NCBI GenBank assembly: GCA_964642275.1
Contig: CAZXOA010000003.1
Location: 5,593-69,592 of the forward strand
Source of the DNA: an uncultured Candidatus Saccharibacteria bacterium
GTDB lineage: Bacteria; Patescibacteriota; Saccharimonadia; Saccharimonadales; JACDBH01
Direction of reading: 5' to 3'
Length of the DNA: 64,000 nt
Of the stretch, positions 33,301-41,333 are shown one piece after another. Numbering within the stretch: the first letter of the stretch is position 1; each line of letters begins with the position of its first letter. The notes below the pieces were generated by a model. The model was given only the letters and a program-made list of their open reading frames with translations. It had not been told where the DNA came from and did not search any database. A program made the position numbers and the translations under genes.

Positions 33301-33578
33301 CAATATGGTACGGCCACCTGAATCCGAGCAGTGTCCGTGTAAGCGAGGGGCAGCAAATAACAGCCGGGACCCCTCTGGCCACTGTGGTTGACAGTGCTGT
33401 AGATTGCAAGAGCGGGGCTGATCATCTCCACATAGACGCATCCGCTAATGAAGGCGGCAGTGTCTACCGGCCTGGTTGCGCACGACCAGGGAACGGCGGT
33501 TGCACAGACGCCAACAGGGCACGATTTAGGAGCATCGGGCGTCAGTTATATGAATTATTTCAACAACTTCCGGAGTAA
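30345..33578 (+). CDS. 1077-aa membrane-anchored protein with C-terminal M23 (LytM-type) peptidase domain, PrgK/VirB1-like role
   Basis: Charged N-terminus, TM GLIVGAGGGVIGVVLTLSGIFGFL, ~800 aa unknown region. C-terminus GHPYTAYDIMAPKGTTVVSMTNGRVV...WYGHL...ADHLHIDAS gives the H..D / HxH metal-ligand pattern. Confidence 0.75.
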   Translation: MAVYDPEDQEKQALSPSELSSKEAELGKSYDENSRHYQSDMRGDKQRDLREQRQAYDQEEKENLAKRLRDTFQEALDQDKADGKDLGYLYNPNDKGKGIRATISGLSGRKKGLIVGAGGGVIGVVLTLSGIFGFLNSFKLDHLITNLDATAFARVNSMFDRRSSKWVAAYVNIRLDELAGGLDRLPDGSVNFASGRVDTNRPFTDWYRTLRSNRFEQRMFNDRGIHFSSNATPDGRARFVRVQVGQSIIDSPHFDSSLNAAGRRQLITQNLDNMTMDIFEGPGASKQMRRQLRSDLKNDTRFYQVLKRRHIRKDIQNKIGVRDWRFFEVTREKAADKRREFKNKMLTRIIPESTKSGTFLLCVFGLGACQSTADPASPESRMGGGARGSPLDEGDAVSRTDTDGNQIIDESRRGSAQPDADKAILEASQEAAEAAGDIVDDLPGRKFRSAFMKKILSKVVGTINVINVVDTMDMLLRIHKNILGGKLSHMVIAARAAQALAAYTTYGIMRDQLKTGDVTPEELGYAMEGLNGIANSEGYDFFFKSSGQSTVSAMADRKTFCKDDYVKQPKDYYFLCDDTKIGGSSRASSLEETYQSNPAFAAFRLAMEGYRRARDSFIGKIVGGFANWLMERFSDVFSFVLSPILSLFEDEMEALVAWLGDKITVALGAGPILTGDPDVDHPGLTMNMIAQGAAYAGELNARMSGAAIENEDTRIYTNKITAQYLADEEASKSLYERYFALDNPKSFAATTFFGFINTSFSNVFTNVGQVFSNGLAVLFSPRALAATDSFGAAEFAGLETYAFPPVCIENDPLTVMPLEMTNADDLGLIPVDDIDWSLLGNEEAFWEKVYESLDEDNQDIALKVYNCELLDKRIRGGLGYTSGYTDDGGLEDGDGGTAKGGASGPITLVGDLAFPLAVRKSNIGGGMFTGGDTQISGHPYTAYDIMAPKGTTVVSMTNGRVVRVSRDCTGDTVAAITVNIPEQGISIWYGHLNPSSVRVSEGQQITAGTPLATVVDSAVDCKSGADHLHIDASANEGGSVYRPGCARPGNGGCTDANRARFRSIGRQLYELFQQLPE

Positions 33579-33581
33579 GCT

Positions 33582-35540
33582 ATGAGAATATTATCCCTGA
33601 AAAAAATAGCAAGACTCCTCGCACTAGCAACCGTGAGCGGCGTATTCTTTACAGCCCCTCTTGTATCTGCCCAGCTCGTGGATCCGCTTGGACATCCCTT
33701 CTACGACCCGGAATCAGGATGCGTTGGCATATCAAGCTCTGCGGCGTCCGGTTCGTCTCGTGTGTATCTTCTTGGCGATTCATGGTTGGCACGTATGAAG
33801 GGAGTGTCTCCTTCGATCGAAGAAACTCTCATGTCACGGGGGATGAGCGTTTTAGGAGCAAATAGCGTCGTGGGCAGATCCATAAACGGCAGGGGGCAAG
33901 GAGATGGAAACAATCAGCCGCAAAGCGGGCTGGAGGCAATTGGACAGGATAGAAAAGATATACAGAGTGCAGATAAGATTGTGGTGATCCTTGGCACTAA
34001 TCCCGACGACTATTCCGGGTCGATTGCCAACTTTGTGAATTCTTTTGGTAACTCCAATGCTCAAATCTACTGGGTTAACACCTCGGCGAACTCCTCACGG
34101 AGTATTGCACGGTCAGCCAGCCAAGCGAATGAAGCTATACGGAACTACGCAGCAACAAACAGCAATTTCCATGTGGTTGATTGGTTTTCTGTCGCGTTTC
34201 CAGGAGGAAATGCGACCAGCATCAGTACGACCGCTTCCAGCAGCCTCATGGACTCCGACAGATTACATCCCAGTTTAGGAGAGGGCACCTCCACGCTTAT
34301 AGATTTAATTGCCAGTTCACTGGGCGGTGGAACAGGATCGGTGAGACAAACCTCGCCAAGTTCAAGCCCGGCCTCAAGAGGGAGCCTTCCTCAGTTAGCC
34401 GTTGATAGGATGGCCCCCTACGAGGAGCGAGTGGCTGTCAACCGTCCGGTATACGAAGCTTTGGCTGCAAAACATCAGTTGTCTTGGCAAATTTTTGCGA
34501 CTCTCCACATACGAGAAGCTGGGGCTGATCCAAACAGGTCTATGCTTGGCGGAGAACCGCTTGGCACGAAGGCTGTAGATAGTGACAATACCCCACACAC
34601 ACTAGAGGAAAGTGGGGATAAGGCCGCAGGATTCTTTAAGGATCTCGCGAGGGGAGTTTATGATATTGAAATTACCTCAAACAGTTCTGATGAGGATCTT
34701 CGGCACGCCTTCCTTGCATACAATAGAGGATACCGATATAAGCGTGTACCCGCTTCTGAGGGCGGCCCCTGGCCTCCTGAAAAATCACCCTACGTTATGA
34801 ACTTGTTTAGTACGGAGTTTATGGGGCCGGATGGTGATGGGATGCTTTTTCCGGGCGGAGGCAACACAGACGGCCGAGGATGGGGTGAGCCATCTCAGAG
34901 ACCTGGAGATAAGAATTCCGTTCCAGGAGCGATGACAATTCTTGCATATCTAGGCATGTCTCTCCCTGGTAGTGGAGGATCTTGCGGCAACGTATCAGCA
35001 ACAGGTGATTTGGTATGGCCGGTCGTCGCAAACGGAGCTCCAGCGGGAAGAGTAACGGCTTGCTGGTCGGACTTAAGAACTAAAACTGTTAGCGGGGGGA
35101 AATACTACCACTCTGGTATTGATATCGGTGCGGCTGAAGGAACTGATGTTTTGGCAGTAAAGGCAGGAAGGGTAGTTTTTGCAGGACAGAACACCGCCTA
35201 TGGTAATCTTGTAGTTATTGAACACGCAGATGATGGCATCTGGTCTCACTATGGACATCTTGTAAATATTGAACCCGGTATTACGGCCGATACTACCGTC
35301 ACGAGCGGGCAAAAGATCGGGGGGGTTGGCAACACCGGCATCAGTCTTGGGGCGCATCTTCATTTGAATATGTATCGCTCTTGGCCCTTCGGAGCACTGC
35401 CAGAGGGCGCCGGAAACAGTAATGGGCAAGAAACCATAAACCCACTCACCAACGGGCTTGTGATTCCCGACAGCATACAGGACATACCAAATTGCAAAGC
35501 ATACCCAAACGGGGGAAGGGAGGATAGTCTTGCGCTCTAA
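33582..35540 (+). CDS. secreted SGNH/GDSL-type hydrolase + middle domain + C-terminal M23 peptidase (652 aa)
   Basis: Signal peptide ...APLVSA|QL. SGNH blocks VYLLGDSW, VVILGTNPDD, DSDRLHPS. M23 motifs YHSGIDIGAAEGTDVLAVKAGRVVFAG, HYGHL, GAHLHLNMY. Confidence 0.8.
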   Translation: MRILSLKKIARLLALATVSGVFFTAPLVSAQLVDPLGHPFYDPESGCVGISSSAASGSSRVYLLGDSWLARMKGVSPSIEETLMSRGMSVLGANSVVGRSINGRGQGDGNNQPQSGLEAIGQDRKDIQSADKIVVILGTNPDDYSGSIANFVNSFGNSNAQIYWVNTSANSSRSIARSASQANEAIRNYAATNSNFHVVDWFSVAFPGGNATSISTTASSSLMDSDRLHPSLGEGTSTLIDLIASSLGGGTGSVRQTSPSSSPASRGSLPQLAVDRMAPYEERVAVNRPVYEALAAKHQLSWQIFATLHIREAGADPNRSMLGGEPLGTKAVDSDNTPHTLEESGDKAAGFFKDLARGVYDIEITSNSSDEDLRHAFLAYNRGYRYKRVPASEGGPWPPEKSPYVMNLFSTEFMGPDGDGMLFPGGGNTDGRGWGEPSQRPGDKNSVPGAMTILAYLGMSLPGSGGSCGNVSATGDLVWPVVANGAPAGRVTACWSDLRTKTVSGGKYYHSGIDIGAAEGTDVLAVKAGRVVFAGQNTAYGNLVVIEHADDGIWSHYGHLVNIEPGITADTTVTSGQKIGGVGNTGISLGAHLHLNMYRSWPFGALPEGAGNSNGQETINPLTNGLVIPDSIQDIPNCKAYPNGGREDSLAL

Positions 35541-36948
35541 TAGTCTGTTACGAAATATCCTGGGAGCTACGTTGATAGCTGGAACATTGTTGTTGCTGTT
35601 TTTGCTGGTTCAGCATCTTATGCGGGCAACTATCATCATAACTCTGCAAGATGGGCAGGATACAGTCATACAAACCGTTGGTATTAGTCCAAAAACCATC
35701 GCCTCCAGCAACAAACCGGGTAAGAATACTTTTAGGGTGGCGCGCGGAGAATATACTATTACGGTGAGTGATGAAAAAAGAGCGTCAAAAGCAACCGTCA
35801 AGCTTGGCTTTCGGGGTAAGGCAGAGCCAAGCCTTGAACTAGTTGATCCCTTGTATGTCATCCAGTCAAGCAGCCGTCAGGTACTTTCCGCTGGCTTCGT
35901 AGACGACAATATAGCAACACTTGATGCAGATAGTCTTTCTGTAAGAAACCTCGACGGAAAGATTATGGGTGTAAGTGATGGTCTAAAAACAAGAAAAGTG
36001 GTGTTCTCTAATGATAGGCATTTTCTTATCATAGATGCCTACGGCCTTTTATTTATCGCAGATAATAAGGATGGCAGTGTCAACTTATCCAATACATCAC
36101 CAGATTTTAGACAGGTTGTTGCTGGCTCTTATGATAGTATTGCCAAAAAATTCTGCGTTCTTTCATCAGATAAACAAGTCGGCTGGGTTGATCCTTTAGG
36201 CAATGGTGTTGACGGTGTGACTTTTATTGAAACATCACAACAGCTGGACACTATCACATGTAGCGGAGGCACCGCTGTTGTTTCGAACCTTGATAGAGAT
36301 TTTGACGGCGAGACAAGGCTCACCGCAAGAACAACTAGAGTCTTTGTTGTGTCGGGCGGAACAACAACTTCGTTTGATGTCCACGACCTAAGCGCAGCTG
36401 TTGCTGTAGATTCACAGCACGCTGCCTACATAAGTGCCGGTGCAGTCTATCTCTATAAAACAGCCTCAGATGAGGCCTCTATTATACACACTACTCAGAA
36501 CAACAATAAAAATGCACTGGTGAGTATATCGGGAGATCTGTATGTATATGACAGAAATGAACTATGGAGGGTATCAAACGAAGGTCGGACTGCCCACAGA
36601 GTTCTCGCTCATCCTGATCTAACTGGTATAGTAGCAACAAATCAGCAGGGTGGAGGTATCATTTTTTCCATAAGTGTTGGGTTGCAGAGAGGAGCCTACG
36701 CTACAACCGAAAATGAAAGCTTACTGCGCGAAAGTCAACGGCTCTCACTGAAGCTACCTTATGTCGGTGATGATTTTATCGTTGAAAAGTATTTTGACGG
36801 AGAAAAAATAGTAATTAGGTCAACCAACCTCGCACCCATTCCGTCGCATGGGTCAACAGCCATATATGATACCACCACCGAAAAAATAACTACGTTTGTC
36901 CGGGGCCTAGGGATTGATACCGCTCTTATCCAAGTAAAATCTAACTAA
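35530..36948 (+). CDS. N-terminally anchored beta-rich hypothetical protein (472 aa), last gene of the plus arm
   Basis: TTG start overlapping the upstream stop. TM ILGATLIAGTLLLLFLLV. Remainder rich in short beta-like segments with S/T/G/D turns. No family recognised. Confidence 0.65.
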   Translation: MRSNSLLRNILGATLIAGTLLLLFLLVQHLMRATIIITLQDGQDTVIQTVGISPKTIASSNKPGKNTFRVARGEYTITVSDEKRASKATVKLGFRGKAEPSLELVDPLYVIQSSSRQVLSAGFVDDNIATLDADSLSVRNLDGKIMGVSDGLKTRKVVFSNDRHFLIIDAYGLLFIADNKDGSVNLSNTSPDFRQVVAGSYDSIAKKFCVLSSDKQVGWVDPLGNGVDGVTFIETSQQLDTITCSGGTAVVSNLDRDFDGETRLTARTTRVFVVSGGTTTSFDVHDLSAAVAVDSQHAAYISAGAVYLYKTASDEASIIHTTQNNNKNALVSISGDLYVYDRNELWRVSNEGRTAHRVLAHPDLTGIVATNQQGGGIIFSISVGLQRGAYATTENESLLRESQRLSLKLPYVGDDFIVEKYFDGEKIVIRSTNLAPIPSHGSTAIYDTTTEKITTFVRGLGIDTALIQVKSN

Positions 36949-37999
36949 GCGGGATTATCCTGCATTCGTCGAGGAAGTTTTGAACAACCACGTCGGCGTC
37001 GGTGGTGGTTATAAATGTCTGATAGCTTTTTAGATGATGTGTCAGCGCTTGCCGGCGCTTGCCGTCGAGCTCACTGAATACATCATCTAGCAACAGGAGG
37101 GGCCGCAGGCCGCGACTTTCCTCTAATATCGTGAGTTCGTACACCTTGAGCGCCAATAGGACTGTGCGCGTCTCTCCGCGCGAAGCTGTTGTGTGTATGG
37201 GCCTGTCATCAAAATAAACCATAAAATCATCGCGGTGAGGGCCATAGGTTGTAAATCCGCGTGCAATATCCAAGTCATACGACTTTTCAAGTGCCTGCAA
37301 AAGCACCGTCTCATACTGCTGATGGGGGAGTTTGCTTTCGTACCGTATAGTTACTTTTCTGGCCTTGCTGTCAGCGATATTCTCGTATAAATCTGGTAAT
37401 ACTTTGTCAATTTTTGACACAAATTCGTGCCGTTTTGCCGCAATCTCGCCGCCCAGTTCACTCAGCCTAATATTCCACACAAACAATTGATCCTCTGCGG
37501 GCGGGCGGGCGCTTTTAAGCAGAGCATTTCTCTGCGAAAGGACACGTTTGTAGTGTTTTCTCAGTGTTTTGTATGAAGGTACGATTTGTTCGAGCAGATT
37601 ATCAACATAGACACGGCGTTGTTCCGGCTGCCCATGCAGGAGGCTTAGATGATTCGGCTCGAACAAAACTACCGGGTGAGTATGTTGAAAAGTAAGCAGT
37701 TTGTAGGGTTTTTCATCAAAAACATAGCTCTTCTGAACACGACCACTAGAGCCTTCAAACTTAATAGTACGGCTATTTGATTCAAGCTGTGCATCCACCC
37801 GCGACCACTCTTGCCCAACAGTAACAAGATCCTGGTCTTGAGCACGATAAGAGCCGCCGCTACAGATCACAAGTATCGCTTCGAGTAGATTCGTCTTGCC
37901 GCTGCCGTTTGGGCCGACGATAATATTTACACCCGGCTCAAATTCAAAGCTCTCATCAGCATACGACCGGTAGTTTTGTAAGCGGATATTGGTAATCAT
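36941..37999 (-). CDS. recF: DNA replication/repair protein RecF
   Basis: Start taken at MITNIRLQNYRSY (ATG 37999); the track extension to 38167 overlaps dnaN. Walker A GPNGSGKTNLLEAI, Walker B LLLLDDVFSELD. Confidence 0.9.
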   Translation of the reverse strand: MITNIRLQNYRSYADESFEFEPGVNIIVGPNGSGKTNLLEAILVICSGGSYRAQDQDLVTVGQEWSRVDAQLESNSRTIKFEGSSGRVQKSYVFDEKPYKLLTFQHTHPVVLFEPNHLSLLHGQPEQRRVYVDNLLEQIVPSYKTLRKHYKRVLSQRNALLKSARPPAEDQLFVWNIRLSELGGEIAAKRHEFVSKIDKVLPDLYENIADSKARKVTIRYESKLPHQQYETVLLQALEKSYDLDIARGFTTYGPHRDDFMVYFDDRPIHTTASRGETRTVLLALKVYELTILEESRGLRPLLLLDDVFSELDGKRRQALTHHLKSYQTFITTTDADVVVQNFLDECRIIPLS

Positions 38000-38033
38000 G
38001 TACACATAAGAGTATATGCGATAGGTCCATTCC

Positions 38034-39125
38034 CTACGAACGAAGAGGCATAATAATATGCTTATAGTCAGTGCTCTTTGGGTCGGAAAGCAGACAGGCA
38101 TCCAGCTTGCCATTAAACTGAAAAGTGACGGTGTCTCCAGAAAATACGTGGAGCGCATCAAGTACATAACGCGAATTAAGCGTCACCTCTCCAGAGCCAG
38201 ACACCTGAGCATCGGCACTTGCGGTATTTTCTCCAAGCTGCGAGGCAACCGAGTTAATACTCACCTGACCAGACGCCTCGTCGACGAGGATTGTAATACT
38301 GCCGGCAGACTCGCGTGCAAATAGCGACGATACCTTTGTGATATTAGTAAAGTCAGCCCTGCTGAGTGTAGCGGTCACTGAGAATTCAGATGGTATGAGC
38401 TTTCGGTAATCCGGATATGACCCCTCGATTAATCTGCTCACAAGCTCGATTTCGCCTACTGTAAACAAGATTTGCTGGTCATCAAACGAAACAGTGACTA
38501 CCTCGTCACCATCGCCCAGTATGCGCAGCAAATCCTGCATGGCGCTGCCGGGAATCAACAAAGCTGTCTCTCCGCTTGATTTTATCAGTGCCTTTTCAGC
38601 CAGCCGGTAGCTATCAGTGGCAACAATATGGAACTTTCCCTCAAATGTATGGAGATATACGCCTGTGAGCACGGGCCGGGCCTCGTCTGTAGACACTGCT
38701 ACCACTACTTGCTGAAGCGCCTTTTTGAGAACTGTTGAAGAAATCTCAATAGACTGCCCGCCTGTAATTGCCGGCATAACAGGGAAGTCGTCTGCTGGCA
38801 CACCATTGATGGTTGACGTATATTGGCCAGCCGCAATATGAAGCTTGTTATCAGTTAATTCTAGGTCAATAACGCCACTTGGTAGACTGCTCACAAAATC
38901 CTGCATGAGACGCGCCGGCACTGTGATTGCACCGCCTTCGCTTACCTTCGAGCCGATGTGGTGTGTAATAGCTATATCAAGGTTTGTCGCTACGACGCTT
39001 AGTCTATTATCGACAGTCTTTATAAGTACGTTGCCAAGAATAGGGAGGGAGTTGCGGGTATTTGCAATACGGGCAACCGATCCAAGTGCTTTGCTCAGAT
39101 TTTCCTGGGTGACTTGGAGCTTCAT
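38034..39125 (-). CDS. dnaN: DNA polymerase III beta sliding clamp
   Basis: 363 aa. MKLQVTQENLSKALGSVARIANTRNSLPILGNVLI... Position between dnaA and recF. Confidence 0.95.
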   Translation of the reverse strand: MKLQVTQENLSKALGSVARIANTRNSLPILGNVLIKTVDNRLSVVATNLDIAITHHIGSKVSEGGAITVPARLMQDFVSSLPSGVIDLELTDNKLHIAAGQYTSTINGVPADDFPVMPAITGGQSIEISSTVLKKALQQVVVAVSTDEARPVLTGVYLHTFEGKFHIVATDSYRLAEKALIKSSGETALLIPGSAMQDLLRILGDGDEVVTVSFDDQQILFTVGEIELVSRLIEGSYPDYRKLIPSEFSVTATLSRADFTNITKVSSLFARESAGSITILVDEASGQVSINSVASQLGENTASADAQVSGSGEVTLNSRYVLDALHVFSGDTVTFQFNGKLDACLLSDPKSTDYKHIIMPLRS

Positions 39126-39380
39126 ATACTTATTCCTTTCTTTATTTTGCCTTGGTATTTATAAGCCCTGTGGACGATGTGCACAAACTGGTGGATTACA
39201 GATGTGATATGTTCAAATAGGTGTGTGAAAAATGCGGAAGACCGCGAGGCTATCTGTGTGCACTTTGCGGAAAATAAAGAGCCTTTACGCACAGGCATGT
39301 AGCAGGCATTAGACGGGTGTGTATATGTGGAGCAGTTATCCCACACCCTCAGCCACTGGTTGTACACAGCCTCTCCACAC

Positions 39381-40757
39381 TTATGCATAGAGACGCTCCT
39401 TGATATCGTTGACGTGCTGGCGAAGCACGGTGTCAAACGACATCTCCTGCTCGACCTTGTCTACGGAATGGATAGCGGTGGTGTGGTCTTTGCGGCCGAG
39501 CTCACGGGCAATCTTAGGGAAGCTGAGGTGTAGTTCGCTGCGCAGTATATACATAGCGATTTGCCGGGGCATGACAATATCCTTGTCTCGCTTCGGCCCC
39601 ATGATTTCCTCGAGCGACACCTGGAAGTGTTTCGATACGCGTTCAACCACTTGCCGGGCGCTAATGTGCTTTGGTCGCGACTTATTACTGTTTAGCAAAC
39701 TCGTCACAATAGCGACGTCTGGCTCAAGATTGCGCATTTCGCAAAAAGCGATCAGCTGGTTAAGTGCTCCCTCGAGCTCGCGGATATTCGTCTGAATATG
39801 ATTAGCCAGATAGTCTACTACGTCGCTCGGTAGCTTGATCCCAACAGCGTCTGCCTTTGACTGCACAATCGCGCAGCGCGTCTCAAAATCCGGGTTTTGC
39901 ATATCAATCGACATGCCCCAGGCAAAGCGGCTGCGCAGCCTCTCCTCAAGAGTAGGAATATCTTTCGGCGGCTTGTCGCTGCTAATAATGACCTGTTTAT
40001 TAGCCTGATGCAGGGCGTTGAAGGTATGAAAAAACTCCTCCTGAGTCTTATCTTTACCGGCAATAAACTGCATATCGTCAATTATCAACACATCGGCATT
40101 GCGGTAATACCCGGCAAAGTCAGTATTTTTTTTGTAGCGAACCGCGTCGATAAATTCCTGGACAAACTGCTCAGTCGATACGTATACCACACGCGTTCCG
40201 GGATTTCTGGTAAGAATTGCATTGCCGACTGCCTGGATGAGGTGGGTTTTTCCAATCCCGACACCGCCATAAATAAACAATGGGTTGTACTTTGTGCCAG
40301 GATTCGTGGCGATTGCCTGGCAGGCCGCATGAGCCAGCTCGTTGCCAGACCCGACGATAAAATTATCAAAGGTATATTTTTCGTTGAGACCCTGCCGGTA
40401 TGAGTGGCTCAGCCCGCTGCTGGTCGGGTGGGGAGTTGTACTCCCGGAGTTGGCGGGTGCTGGCGCGGGGTTGAGCTGCATGGGCTCCTCGGCTTCACGC
40501 ACAGGCTTGATATCGGTGTGGATTTTGTATTCGATCCGCTCGGGGTTTATCTGATTTTTTGCCAGTGTTTCGCGGATGAGGTCGTCATATTTCTTCTCAA
40601 GCTGCTGTTTTATGAATACATTGGCTACACCCACAGTCAGGACATCATCCTTATAACGCAGCAGGCGCGTGTTTTTGAACCACGTCAGGTAATTGCCTCT
40701 CGACACACTGAGCTCGATCTCGCCCAAAACAGCCTGCCAAAGTCTTTCGTCGTGCAC
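39381..40757 (-). CDS. dnaA: chromosomal replication initiator DnaA
   Basis: 458 aa. AAA+ Walker A GGVGIGKTHL. C-terminal DNA-binding segment ...KDHTTAIHSVDKV. GTG start with GAGG SD. Confidence 0.97.
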   Translation of the reverse strand: MHDERLWQAVLGEIELSVSRGNYLTWFKNTRLLRYKDDVLTVGVANVFIKQQLEKKYDDLIRETLAKNQINPERIEYKIHTDIKPVREAEEPMQLNPAPAPANSGSTTPHPTSSGLSHSYRQGLNEKYTFDNFIVGSGNELAHAACQAIATNPGTKYNPLFIYGGVGIGKTHLIQAVGNAILTRNPGTRVVYVSTEQFVQEFIDAVRYKKNTDFAGYYRNADVLIIDDMQFIAGKDKTQEEFFHTFNALHQANKQVIISSDKPPKDIPTLEERLRSRFAWGMSIDMQNPDFETRCAIVQSKADAVGIKLPSDVVDYLANHIQTNIRELEGALNQLIAFCEMRNLEPDVAIVTSLLNSNKSRPKHISARQVVERVSKHFQVSLEEIMGPKRDKDIVMPRQIAMYILRSELHLSFPKIARELGRKDHTTAIHSVDKVEQEMSFDTVLRQHVNDIKERLYA

Positions 40758-41094
40758 AGTTACCTCAAAATCCCTCGCGTTACCTTTTCATTACTGTAGC
40801 AAAGTTACCTACTTTTCCACAAGCTGTGAGCAAAAATTACAAAAACTATAGAGAAATTTACCAAAACAGGGTAGGAATTATGCACAGATTTCCCCAACAC
40901 CTTGAATTCTGTGGAAAGGTATAGCAAAAAAGTGGAAAACCTGATAAAATTTGTGGGTTATTATTGTCAAAACTACGGCAGCGACAAAAACAAGAAGCTA
41001 GGAATCAGGAAGGGGCCGCGGTAATGCCCTAACAGGGTTTCGTAGATCTGCTTTCTTGTTACACTATCTCCGAGTTACTAATCAAAGGATTTAT
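40758..41094. other. probable oriC / dnaA control region (cluster of DnaA-box-like 9-mers between divergent dnaA and rpmH)
   Basis: TTTTCCACA (40813-40821), TTATGCACA (40878-40886), TGTGGAAAG (40910-40918), AGTGGAAAA (40931-40939), TGTGGGTTA (40952-40960). Each has 1-2 mismatches to TTATCCACA/TGTGGATAA. AT-rich stretches lie between them. Confidence 0.65.
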
Positions 41095-41232
41095 ATGCCA
41101 AAGCGAACCTATCAGCCAAAGAAGCGCAAGCGAGCACGCGAGCACGGCTTTTTTGCACGCATGAAGACCCGGGCGGGGCAGAACGTACTTGCACGCCGCC
41201 GCCTCAAGGGCCGCAAGAAAATCTCTGCTTAA
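41095..41232 (+). CDS. rpmH: 50S ribosomal protein L34
   Basis: Below the ORF-track cut-off. My translation is [53 protein letters not shown]. Confidence 0.95.
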   Translation: MPKRTYQPKKRKRAREHGFFARMKTRAGQNVLARRRLKGRKKISA

Positions 41233-41258
41233 GAGAGTCTTTAAACCTCCTGCAGAGT

Positions 41259-41300
41259 GTCAAAAACTCATTCAACCGTTCAGTTGAATGAGTTTTTGAC
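41259..41300 (+). terminator. 18-bp perfect inverted repeat after rpmH (attenuator/terminator before rnpA)
   Basis: GTCAAAAACTCATTCAAC-cgttca-GTTGAATGAGTTTTTGAC. The inner 10 bp followed by TTTTT has intrinsic-terminator geometry. Confidence 0.6.
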
Positions 41301-41333
41301 AGAACAGCTCTGCAAGTAACGTATCATAGAACT

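Noticed and set aside
36941-38167. 408-aa version of RecF
   Set aside because: The first 56 codons overlap the dnaN 3' end and do not resemble RecF. The conserved N-terminus MITNIRLQNYRSY starts at 37999.
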